DNA from: an uncultured Sphingomonadaceae bacterium
GTDB lineage: Bacteria > Pseudomonadota > Alphaproteobacteria > Sphingomonadales > Sphingomonadaceae
Assembly: GCA_964242855.1 (NCBI GenBank)
Contig: CAXTBZ010000005.1
Coordinates: forward strand, 1,051 to 65,050
Reading direction: 5' to 3'
DNA length: 64,000 bases
Shown: positions 19,519 through 27,807 of the stretch, piece after piece
How the letters are laid out: the number at the start of each line of letters is the position of its first letter
Numbering within the stretch: position 1 is the first letter of the stretch
Notes under the pieces: generated by a model
The model's input: the letters and a program-made list of their open reading frames with translations, nothing else
The model's database searches: none
What the model was told of the DNA's origin: nothing
Translations under genes and position numbers: made by a program

Positions 19519-21242
19519 CCCGCTGGACGCTCCACCTCGACGGCGCCACACTCCCGGAGAAATCCCTGATCGGCGGCAAGGCCTGGTCGATCGCGCGGAT
19601 GCTGGGCATGGGCCTCAACGTGCCCCCGGCGTTCGTGGTGACCGCCGAGGCCTGCAACGCCTATCTCGCTCAGAGCGCGATGCCAGCGGGGCTGGAGGCG
19701 GAAATCGATGCCGGACTGATGTGGCTGGAGCAGCGCACCGGGCGCTGCTTCGGGCTGGGTGCCGAGCGGCTGCTGCTTTCGGTGCGATCGGGCGCCGCAA
19801 TCTCGATGCCGGGCATGATGGATACCGTGCTCAACCTCGGGATCGACGAGGCCGGCGAGGCGGCGCTTGCAGCCGAAACCGGTCAGCCGAGCTTCGCGCG
19901 CGACACGCATCGACGCTTCTGCGAACTCTACGCCGCGATCGTGCTCAAGAGCGCAGTCGAGCTGGACCCCGACGCTGGCGATACCGCCTGGCGCGACGCG
20001 ATCAAGGCGGCTGCGGGCGAGGACATGCCGATCTCGCCGCGCGATCAGTTGCTCGCTGCCGTCCGCGCGGTGTTCGACAGCTGGAACACGCGCCGCGCCA
20101 AGCGATACCGCCAGCACAATGGCATCCCGGACGATCTCGGCACCGCTGTCACTGTGCAGGCGATGGTGTTCGGCAACCTCGATGCGGAGAGCGGCACCGG
20201 CGTGCTGTTCAGCCGCAACCCACTGACCGGCGAGCGCCTGCCCTTCGGCGAATATCTGCCATGCGCACAGGGCGAGGACGTCGTCTCGGGCAAGTTCACG
20301 CCGCTACCGCTCGGCGCGATGAAGGAACGGGTGGCGCCGGCGCACGACGCTCTGCTTGCCGCCTCCGAGCGGCTCGAGCGCGAGCATGGCGATGTGCAGG
20401 ACATCGAGTTCACCGTCCAACGTGGCGAGCTGTTCCTGCTCCAGGCGCGCTCTGCCAAGCGATCGCCCGAAGCCTCCGCGCGGATCGTGGTGGAGATGGT
20501 GGACGAGGGGCTGATCGACATCGACACCGCGCTGAACCGGGTGAGCGCCGAGCAGGCCAGCGCGATCCTGCTCCCCCGGCTCGATCCAGCGATCGCTGCC
20601 GCTGCGACCTTGCTGCTGAGCGGGGAGGGAGCGTGCCCCGGCATCGCCAGCGGCCTTGCTGTCACCGACCCAGACGAGGCTGAGCGCCGGGCAGAGGGGG
20701 GCGAGGACGTGATCCTGGTCCGCGAGACCACCAGCCCGGACGATATCCATGGCATGATCGCTGCACGCGGCGTGGTGACCGCGCAAGGCGGCGCCACCAG
20801 CCACGCGGCGGTGGTCAGCCGCGCGCTTGGGCGACCCTGCGTGGTTGGGGGTGGAGCCGATACGATGGCGCTGGCGGGGCGGCTCGTCACCGTCGACGGC
20901 GCGGGGCGGGTCTATGCCGATCGTCTCAAGGTGCGCTTGCCCGAAGAACAGGCCGATCCGACACTTGCAAGACTGACCGGCTGGGCCGCGGAACGCTCTC
21001 CGGTCTCGGTGGTCAGCGAGTCGACCGAACAGGCGATCGATCTCGATCATCAGCCGGATGCTGCCGAGCCGGAAGGTCTGGCGCGGCTGCTGACGGGCCA
21101 GACGGCGGCTCGGGGCAGGCTGCTCGCCAACCCGGACGCGGCGCGAACGGCGTTCCGGTGCGGGGTGCAGACACTGGTTACCGCTCCGCTGCTTCCACCG
21201 CTGCTCGCGATCCTCGCAGCCGCGCGGGAGGATCGCGCGTGA
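19515..21242 (+). CDS. Truncated pyruvate phosphate dikinase-like protein (ATP-grasp plus His domain, no C-terminal PEP/pyruvate barrel)
   Basis: LIGGKA, VPPAFV, LLSVRSGAAISMPGMMDTVLNLG, VQAMVFGN, QGEDVVSG, QDIEFT, GGATSHAAVVSR; only 575 aa. Confidence 0.9.
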   Translation: MTRWTLHLDGATLPEKSLIGGKAWSIARMLGMGLNVPPAFVVTAEACNAYLAQSAMPAGLEAEIDAGLMWLEQRTGRCFGLGAERLLLSVRSGAAISMPGMMDTVLNLGIDEAGEAALAAETGQPSFARDTHRRFCELYAAIVLKSAVELDPDAGDTAWRDAIKAAAGEDMPISPRDQLLAAVRAVFDSWNTRRAKRYRQHNGIPDDLGTAVTVQAMVFGNLDAESGTGVLFSRNPLTGERLPFGEYLPCAQGEDVVSGKFTPLPLGAMKERVAPAHDALLAASERLEREHGDVQDIEFTVQRGELFLLQARSAKRSPEASARIVVEMVDEGLIDIDTALNRVSAEQASAILLPRLDPAIAAAATLLLSGEGACPGIASGLAVTDPDEAERRAEGGEDVILVRETTSPDDIHGMIAARGVVTAQGGATSHAAVVSRALGRPCVVGGGADTMALAGRLVTVDGAGRVYADRLKVRLPEEQADPTLARLTGWAAERSPVSVVSESTEQAIDLDHQPDAAEPEGLARLLTGQTAARGRLLANPDAARTAFRCGVQTLVTAPLLPPLLAILAAAREDRA

Positions 21243-21628
21243 AGGCATCGCCATCTCCATTCGAAGAGGCCGCCGCTTTCTTCGCGATCTTTGCCGGTTC
21301 GCCATGGGGATCATGCCATCTGCGAACGGATGCAATGGAGATCTTCGTTTCGCGCAAGACGGGAGCCGCCAACCCGATGTCCGACGCATCGCTCGAGGTT
21401 GCTGCGGCATCGAGCAGGGTCCTGAACGCTTCGCACATGGGCACTTTGACTAAGCTCCCGGACATCGGCACGGCCCTGGAGGCGGGGCAGGGCTACGCCT
21501 TCGTCGAGGTGCTGGGCGAAGAGATGGAACTGGTTGCGGCGGAAGCCGGTATCGTGGCCCGTCACCTGCTGCCGGTCGGTGCCCTCCTGGAATATGAGCA
21601 GGCCGTAGTGGACCTGCATAGCAATTGA
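21239..21628 (+). CDS. BCCP/lipoyl-like barrel-sandwich protein lacking the biotinylated lysine
   Basis: ASHMGTL...VEVLGEEMELVAAEAGIV...GALLEYEQAV aligns by eye with BCCP, with EVLG in place of EVMK; GTG overlaps the previous stop. Confidence 0.65.
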   Translation: MKASPSPFEEAAAFFAIFAGSPWGSCHLRTDAMEIFVSRKTGAANPMSDASLEVAAASSRVLNASHMGTLTKLPDIGTALEAGQGYAFVEVLGEEMELVAAEAGIVARHLLPVGALLEYEQAVVDLHSN

Positions 21629-21656
21629 TCCTGCCGCGACGGGATTATTCGGCCGG

Positions 21657-22640
21657 CTAGGCCGTCGCCATCGCCCGCTTCGTCAGCAGATCGATATACG
21701 GTGGTAGCACAGCACTCCAGGCATCGAAGCGTGGATCGGCGGTGCGACCGCTGGTGAAGAGGTGCGAGCCAAGCGCGATGATCGCGGCGACCTTGGCCTG
21801 GCCGAGCACCGTGTAGCGGCCGATATCGACGGCGGTACGGCCGGTGCCCCGCTCCCACTCGGAGATCATCCGTTCGGGCGACCACCAGCCGGGCATGTCG
21901 AACCCGGCATTGGCGAGGCTAGCCGGCCCCTGATCATGGAACATCAGGATGTAGCCGAGGTCGAGCAACGGTTCGGAAACCTGCGCCATCTCCCAATCGA
22001 GCAGCGCGGTAAGCTGGCCATCATGCCACAGGCAATTGCCATGCTTGGGATCGCCGTGCACGGGGGTTGCTTCACCCGAGGTGCGGGGCGGGCGGCGCTC
22101 CAAATCCTCCAGCACTTCGATCAGCCGGGGATCGGCCTCCGCACCGCGCGCGACATCGAGCCACCACGCCGCCTCCTCGCGCACCGTGCGCCCGCCCGGA
22201 GGCATATGGTCAACCGGCATGGTGTGGACGCCGATCACCGCATCGAACCACTGGCGGCAGATGCGCTCTGGCCCTTCGGCAGCATCGGCTGTGAGCCAAT
22301 CCGGCACGCTATATTCGAACGCCTCGCCGGGCACGCAGGACATCAGGAAGAACGGATCGCCAATGACAGCCGGGTCTTCGCAAAGCTCCAGCATCGCCGG
22401 CAGCGGGACGGTATCAGTGTAAGCCTTCACGGCTGACAGGATCGCATGCTGTCGCGCCATGTCGTAGGGCGGCAGAAGTCCCTCCTCGGACGGGGGCATG
22501 CGCAGGATCTCGTTCAGGCCTTCGACCAGATAGGTCTCGTTCGAATGGCCAGCGGACAGGGTTTGCACACCGGTAATCCCGGCGCCGCGCGGCAGGTACT
22601 TGCGCAGCCCGTTGGCGAGCTGATCCGTATCGCGTGCCAT
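21657..22640 (-). CDS. Aminoglycoside/choline phosphotransferase family protein (ACAD10/11-type)
   Basis: GHSNET, LRMPP, VHGDPKHGN, LLDWEMA. Confidence 0.88.
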   Translation of the reverse strand: MARDTDQLANGLRKYLPRGAGITGVQTLSAGHSNETYLVEGLNEILRMPPSEEGLLPPYDMARQHAILSAVKAYTDTVPLPAMLELCEDPAVIGDPFFLMSCVPGEAFEYSVPDWLTADAAEGPERICRQWFDAVIGVHTMPVDHMPPGGRTVREEAAWWLDVARGAEADPRLIEVLEDLERRPPRTSGEATPVHGDPKHGNCLWHDGQLTALLDWEMAQVSEPLLDLGYILMFHDQGPASLANAGFDMPGWWSPERMISEWERGTGRTAVDIGRYTVLGQAKVAAIIALGSHLFTSGRTADPRFDAWSAVLPPYIDLLTKRAMATA

Positions 22641-22655
22641 ATTCCTTCGTCCTCT

Positions 22656-23840
22656 TCAGATCAGCGAATTGGCGGCGGTCAGGCCGAGTTCGGGATGCTC
22701 GCCGTGGATCACCGTCTCCATGATCCCGTGGCCGACGGCATTACCTTCACGCACCGTGATCGGGCAGTCACGAACCTGACGAATGCGGCGCAGCGTCGGC
22801 ACATCGAGGGTGTCGTCGAACTTCTCGCCATCCAGTTCGAGCGGCCCCTTCCAGCTGCCGTGCTTCTTGCCGTCGAAGCCGAGATAAAGGCCCGGCCCGA
22901 GATGCACTGCGGTTTCGCCGGCGACCGCGATCTCGACCGTGTGAGTGCCGCCCTGCAGCATGTCGAAATGCATCTTGCCGCCAAGCAGGCGCCGCGTGCA
23001 GTCGTCGTAGCGTAGCTCGGGGCGAACGCGCGCGATCTTCTCCTGCGTGCCGTCAGGATGGTTGCGGTAGCCCGACGAGTAGAAGATGCGGCCCTGCTTG
23101 GTCTGGTAATACAAATGATACGCGATCTTCTCGCTGTTCGGGCTGACCAGCATGAACGGGCTCCAGATCAGCTCAAATTCGCCCTCGCCGAACTTGGCAT
23201 CCCCGAAATCTGCAGTCGGGCGGATGTCCGAACCGTGATTGCCCACGTCGAGGCGCGTGCCCCAACTGTGATCGCGATACTCCGTCCATTCGTCCGGCAC
23301 GATCTCGATACGCTCGCCTTCCACCTCAACCCAACCGGAAGGCACACCAATCTGGTGGTAGCGGATCACGTCCGATCCGATGCGAAAGCCATCGATCTCG
23401 CGCTGCTTGTGGCGATCCTCGAAGAAGGGCGGCATCTCGGACGTGAAGGTGATATCGTAGGCGATCGGCTGGATGTCGTTCCTGGCGAGTGCGTACCGAA
23501 CCTTGTGAAGCGGCTCGATGATCTCGTAGGTGAGCGGGCCGACCTCGGTGATCATCGGATCGTCGCGGAGTTCACGGCTGGCGCGCACCGTCCACTGGGA
23601 GCGACCGCGCGCGACCGCGCCCCAGCCGTCCATCACGCCGCGATTGTGGTAGCGTCCGAGCCCGAAATCGATGCCCATGGTGCCGTCCTTGCGGACGATC
23701 GCGGACCATATTTTTTCGGTCCAGCTGAGCTCCGAACTTGCGGTGGAGGCGAAGGTGTCGGCGATTTGGTGATTCAGGTGCTCGTCGAGCGTGATCAGCT
23801 GGCCGATGTCGCTCATCTGATTGCGGACAAAATTGCGCAT
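22656..23840 (-). CDS. Conserved hypothetical protein (beta-barrel, hydratase/cyclase-like)
   Basis: HQIADTF...WTEK, RYHQ.G, RDHSWGTR motif; within the EthD-APH operon. Confidence 0.7.
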   Translation of the reverse strand: MRNFVRNQMSDIGQLITLDEHLNHQIADTFASTASSELSWTEKIWSAIVRKDGTMGIDFGLGRYHNRGVMDGWGAVARGRSQWTVRASRELRDDPMITEVGPLTYEIIEPLHKVRYALARNDIQPIAYDITFTSEMPPFFEDRHKQREIDGFRIGSDVIRYHQIGVPSGWVEVEGERIEIVPDEWTEYRDHSWGTRLDVGNHGSDIRPTADFGDAKFGEGEFELIWSPFMLVSPNSEKIAYHLYYQTKQGRIFYSSGYRNHPDGTQEKIARVRPELRYDDCTRRLLGGKMHFDMLQGGTHTVEIAVAGETAVHLGPGLYLGFDGKKHGSWKGPLELDGEKFDDTLDVPTLRRIRQVRDCPITVREGNAVGHGIMETVIHGEHPELGLTAANSLI

Positions 23841-23845
23841 GGCGG

Positions 23846-24169
23846 TCAAGGCTCCTGGTCGGGGACAAGCGAGGCGATCTGCAGGATCGGCTCCACATCG
23901 GTATAGTTCGCGGCGTCGGCAAAGAGCGCAGCACCGCACGCGGCCATGCCGGCGTCAAAGGCGGCGCGATCGCGGAAACGCATTTCGGCGATGACCCAAA
24001 TCGGAGGCGGGGCTCCGTCAAGTGCAACCACGCCCGCCATGATCCTCAGCTCAACCAGCCCATGCGGCGTCAGCATTTTACGCGCGTGGGCTGCGTGTCT
24101 CTTAGTGTAATCGTCGATGTCGAAGTGGCTACCTTCACGGTTCGGATAGACCGCCGTCACGCAGATCAT
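23846..24169 (-). CDS. EthD family protein
   Basis: VYPNREGSHFDIDDYTKRH...ADAANYTDVEPILQI. Confidence 0.85.
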   Translation of the reverse strand: MICVTAVYPNREGSHFDIDDYTKRHAAHARKMLTPHGLVELRIMAGVVALDGAPPPIWVIAEMRFRDRAAFDAGMAACGAALFADAANYTDVEPILQIASLVPDQEP

Positions 24170-24219
24170 GAGCCTCTCCCAAGGCACCACCGCGTTCTCA
24201 CGGCCAACAGGAAGCTAAT

Positions 24220-24232
24220 AACGTCAGACGAT
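24220..24232. promoter_or_regulatory. Operator AACGTCAGACGAT upstream of the EthD operon
   Basis: One mismatch to ATCGTCnGACGAT; intergenic. Confidence 0.7.
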
Positions 24233-24264
24233 TTCGTCCAGCGTAATCTTCAACGAGGCTAGTG

Positions 24265-25008
24265 TCAGCTGTTCTCGAGCGTCGCGAAGGCGGAAATCGG
24301 CAGTTCCTCTATCGTTGTGCGAGTGCCGTCGAAATGTCGCTTCACCGCTCGGTCCGCCGCCGCGGGATCACCATCGGCGATGGCCTGCGCGATCTTGGAA
24401 TAGCCTGACGCGTGACGGGATCGCTGCTTTTCGTTCTGCACCGTCTCCAGCTGCGCCCGGAACAGATCGGTGCGGGCGAGTGGCATGGTGCGGGCAAGTT
24501 CGCCGTTGCCGCTTATCTCTACCATGGCATCGTAGAAGAGCTTGCGATTTTCCAGATAGGCCGCGCGGCTGCCGCGCCTGTCCGCCTGCTCTAGCGCGTC
24601 GGCCGCCTGCGAAATCTGGGTGCGCTTTTCCTGCGTGTCGCAACGCTGCGCCGCGAGGCGAGAGGCAAGGCGCGCCAGCGGCTCGAGTACGTCGAGCAAA
24701 TCGAGGACCGACTTGCGATCAAGCACTCCGATGTAGGCGCCGCGATAACGGCTGAGCGTGACGATACCCGCTGCCGCAAGATGCTTCAGAGCCTCGCGGA
24801 GCGAGCCGCGGCTGATGTTGAGGCGGCGGGTCAGTTCGGGTTCGAGCAGATGCTGGCCGGGCACAAAGGTGCCGGCACGGATGCCGCGAGTGATCGCATC
24901 GGTCACCCTGTCCGTGGCGCTCGGGAGGCTACCGTTCAGTTCTTCCGCGCCCGGCACACCCGTCTTCGTTTGGGGTGGCTTCGGTACGGCCGCACTGACT
25001 GCATTCAT
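24265..25008 (-). CDS. GntR family (FadR/FCD) transcriptional regulator
   Basis: GIRAGTFVPGQHLLEPELTRRLNISRGSLREAL winged HTH; FCD-like C-terminus. Confidence 0.92.
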   Translation of the reverse strand: MNAVSAAVPKPPQTKTGVPGAEELNGSLPSATDRVTDAITRGIRAGTFVPGQHLLEPELTRRLNISRGSLREALKHLAAAGIVTLSRYRGAYIGVLDRKSVLDLLDVLEPLARLASRLAAQRCDTQEKRTQISQAADALEQADRRGSRAAYLENRKLFYDAMVEISGNGELARTMPLARTDLFRAQLETVQNEKQRSRHASGYSKIAQAIADGDPAAADRAVKRHFDGTRTTIEELPISAFATLENS

Positions 25009-25103
25009 GAGAGATCCTCCGGCTCGGCATTACGCTTGTATTTGGTTCAGAGTGCCTGGTCCATATTCGGAAATGACAGCATCGATCTTCTAAGGTCACG
25101 ATA

Positions 25104-25123
25104 ATCGTCAAACGATATTGACG
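25104..25123. promoter_or_regulatory. Operator ATCGTCAAACGAT with adjacent TTGACG, between gntR and the TonB-dependent receptor gene
   Basis: One mismatch to consensus at 25104-25116; -35-like TTGACG at 25118-25123. Confidence 0.7.
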
Positions 25124-25212
25124 AACAGAAACTGATGTGAAAGATGGTGAGCGTCGGATCTTAGCTCGGTCAAAGCGAGCTAAGGGGAAACTCCCGAGAC
25201 AGGGGGCGCGGC

Positions 25213-27690
25213 ATGGAGAGGGGAATGCTCATGGCCAATAGTGCACGCCTGCGCCTGATTTCGCACGCAGCCACGTCTTGTATCGCGCTCGTGCTGGCAA
25301 CGCCGGTGCTGGCTCAGCAGAGCGGGGCGTCCGATGCGCAGCCGGCAGGATCCATATCAACCGCTGTGACCCCGTCGATGCCTGCACCCGGCAACGATGC
25401 CGTTGCGACCCCGGCGACGCCTCAAGGCGCTCAAGCGTCGGCTCAACCCGGCCTTGCCGAGATCGTTGTCACCGCCAATAAGCGCGAACAGTCGATCAAC
25501 GATGTCGGATTGTCGATCACCGCGGAAACGGGTGACACGCTGGTCAAACGCATCATCACCTCGCCGACCGACCTCGGCAAGATCGTTCCAGGTCTCACCG
25601 TCCAACCCTCTCAGTTCAACACGCCGGTCTACACGCTGCGCGGCGTAGGGTTCTACGAAACCACATTGTCTGCATCGCCGACGGTGGCGATCTATTCGGA
25701 CGAGGTCGCCTATCCCTTCGCGGCGATGACACGCGGCGTGTCCTTCGATATCGAGCGGGTTGAAGTCCTGAAGGGCCCGCAGGGCACGCTGTTTGGCCAG
25801 AACACAACCGGCGGCGCGATCAACTACATCGCCGCGAAGCCGACCGACCATTTCACCGCCGGTGTGGACGGCAGCTTCGGTCGCTTCGACACAGGCATCG
25901 TGTCGGCGTTCGTTAGCGGGCCGCTGTCTGACACGCTCACAGCGCGGCTGGCGGTACGAACCATCGACTCCGGAACCTGGCAGAAGAGTTACACGCGTGA
26001 CGATCGGCTAGGCCGCAAGCGAGAATTCGATGGACGCTTTCTCCTCGATTGGAATCCCTCCGACAAGCTGAAGTTCCAGCTGAACGTCAATGGCTGGCGC
26101 GACACTGGTGACACCCAGGCGGCGCAGTTCATCTCCGACGATTGCGGTGCCTCGCGCGCCGGCACCTGCGGCAGCCCCGACGCCGACAACTTCCGCAACT
26201 ATCCGCGCGTCCCCAGCAATGCGCGTGCGGCCGACTGGGGATATGGCATTTTCGGGCGCCGACCAAAGCGCAACGACTATTTCTGGCAGAGCAGTCTGCG
26301 GGGCGACTTGGAACTCACCGATCAACTGACGTTGACCAGCATCTCGGCCTATTCGCGCTACAATACGGACTCGGTGCAGGATTTCGACGGGACGACGTAC
26401 TTCACGGCCGACACGAATACGACCGGCTACATCAAGAACTTCTCGCAGGAGGTTCGCGCCAGCGGAAAGTTCGATCGCCTGACCTTCATTGTTGGCGGTA
26501 ATTACAGCAAGTCCAACACCTACGACAATCTGTTTTACAATTTCAGCCAAGGTCCGTCTTCCAACCCGCTTTACATGATCCCTGGAGCGCCTCGGGGCGA
26601 GCTTACGTACAACGATTCGCGCCAGAACATTCGCGATCTCGCCGCGTTTGGTAATGCCGAGTTCAAGCTGACCGATCATCTGACCGCGATCGGCGGCGCC
26701 CGCTACACCGATACGCATCGCAGCTTCGAGGGCTGTACGCATGACTATGGCGGGCAAACGGCCATCTGGTGGAATGCACTCTTTGGCACGAATGTGCAGC
26801 CGGGCGGCTGCATCACGCTTGATGCCAATCTCCAGCCGTTCAATCCTGCCTTGTTCGACCATCTCAACGAGCACAACATCTCGTGGAACGGTGGCCTGAA
26901 CTACAAATTCGATGGCGGTACCCTGCTCTACGGACGGGTGAGCAAGGGCTACAAGTCGGGTAGCTTCCCGACTGCGTCGGTCGCGAGCTACACTGGCTAC
27001 GCGCCGGTCAAGCAGGAGTCGGTGCTCGCCTACGAAGTCGGCATCAAGACGCCGCTGTTCGATAAGCGTCTCGAGCTGACCTTCGCCGGCTTCTACTACG
27101 ACTACAAGGACAAGCAGCTCCGCGGCCGCCTGCCCGATCCGGTGTTCGGCACGCTCGACGGATTGGTGCAGATCCCGAAGAGCCGCCTGTGGGGTCTTGA
27201 GGCATCGGTTCTCGCACGTCCCATGACTGGCGTTCGTATCAGCCTGGGTGGCACTTACATCGATACCAAGGTGCAGAAGTTCGTCGGCTACGATGCCTTC
27301 GCCAATCAAGCGAACTTCGCAGGCCAGAAATTCCCCTACGCGCCCAAGCTCACGATGACGGGCGATGCTGAATACGACTTCGCCCTCGGTGACAGCCTGA
27401 AACCATATCTCGGCGCGTCGTTCACCTACAACAGCAAGACCTCGACGGCGCTTGCCAACACCACCACCGCCTTTGTTGCGAAGGACGACAGGTTCAACAT
27501 CAAGGCCTACACGCTGGTCGATCTGCGCGCGGGTGTCGAACTGCCGAACAGCAAGCTGCGGCTCGGCGTGTTCGTCAACAATGTCGGCAACGCCTATTAC
27601 TGGACGAACGCGCAGGACACGCTGGCATCGATCGTGCGCTACGCCGGTATGCCCCGCACTTACGGTGTCCAGGTCAGCTGGCGATATTGA
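25213..27690 (+). CDS. TonB-dependent receptor
   Basis: Signal peptide, EIVVTANKRE TonB box, DIERVEVLKGPQGTLFG plug motif, C-terminal PRTYGVQVSWRY. Confidence 0.95.
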   Translation: MERGMLMANSARLRLISHAATSCIALVLATPVLAQQSGASDAQPAGSISTAVTPSMPAPGNDAVATPATPQGAQASAQPGLAEIVVTANKREQSINDVGLSITAETGDTLVKRIITSPTDLGKIVPGLTVQPSQFNTPVYTLRGVGFYETTLSASPTVAIYSDEVAYPFAAMTRGVSFDIERVEVLKGPQGTLFGQNTTGGAINYIAAKPTDHFTAGVDGSFGRFDTGIVSAFVSGPLSDTLTARLAVRTIDSGTWQKSYTRDDRLGRKREFDGRFLLDWNPSDKLKFQLNVNGWRDTGDTQAAQFISDDCGASRAGTCGSPDADNFRNYPRVPSNARAADWGYGIFGRRPKRNDYFWQSSLRGDLELTDQLTLTSISAYSRYNTDSVQDFDGTTYFTADTNTTGYIKNFSQEVRASGKFDRLTFIVGGNYSKSNTYDNLFYNFSQGPSSNPLYMIPGAPRGELTYNDSRQNIRDLAAFGNAEFKLTDHLTAIGGARYTDTHRSFEGCTHDYGGQTAIWWNALFGTNVQPGGCITLDANLQPFNPALFDHLNEHNISWNGGLNYKFDGGTLLYGRVSKGYKSGSFPTASVASYTGYAPVKQESVLAYEVGIKTPLFDKRLELTFAGFYYDYKDKQLRGRLPDPVFGTLDGLVQIPKSRLWGLEASVLARPMTGVRISLGGTYIDTKVQKFVGYDAFANQANFAGQKFPYAPKLTMTGDAEYDFALGDSLKPYLGASFTYNSKTSTALANTTTAFVAKDDRFNIKAYTLVDLRAGVELPNSKLRLGVFVNNVGNAYYWTNAQDTLASIVRYAGMPRTYGVQVSWRY

Positions 27691-27696
27691 GGGCAA

Positions 27697-27734
27697 GCGG
27701 GGGCGCGAGCAGGCTATCCTTGCTCGCGCCCCGC
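27697..27734 (+). terminator. GC-rich hairpin after the receptor gene (terminator or mRNA-stabilising stem)
   Basis: GGGGCGCGAGCA...TGCTCGCGCCCC stem; no clear U-tract. Confidence 0.6.
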
Positions 27735-27763
27735 ATTATGCCGCTGATTGCTTGATCGACGAG

Positions 27764-27776
27764 ATCGTTCTACGAT
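27764..27776. promoter_or_regulatory. Degenerate operator ATCGTTCTACGAT upstream of the Ldi-like gene
   Basis: Two mismatches to consensus; ATCGT...ACGAT arms intact; intergenic. Confidence 0.5.
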
Positions 27777-27807
27777 ACGCACCTCCCTGCTGCGGGAAGA
27801 GGATGAT

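Noticed and set aside
19515-21242. Canonical ppdK
   Set aside because: At 575 aa it lacks the C-terminal PEP/pyruvate-binding barrel
26008-27696. 562-aa minus-strand ORF
   Set aside because: Antisense shadow of the TonB-dependent receptor
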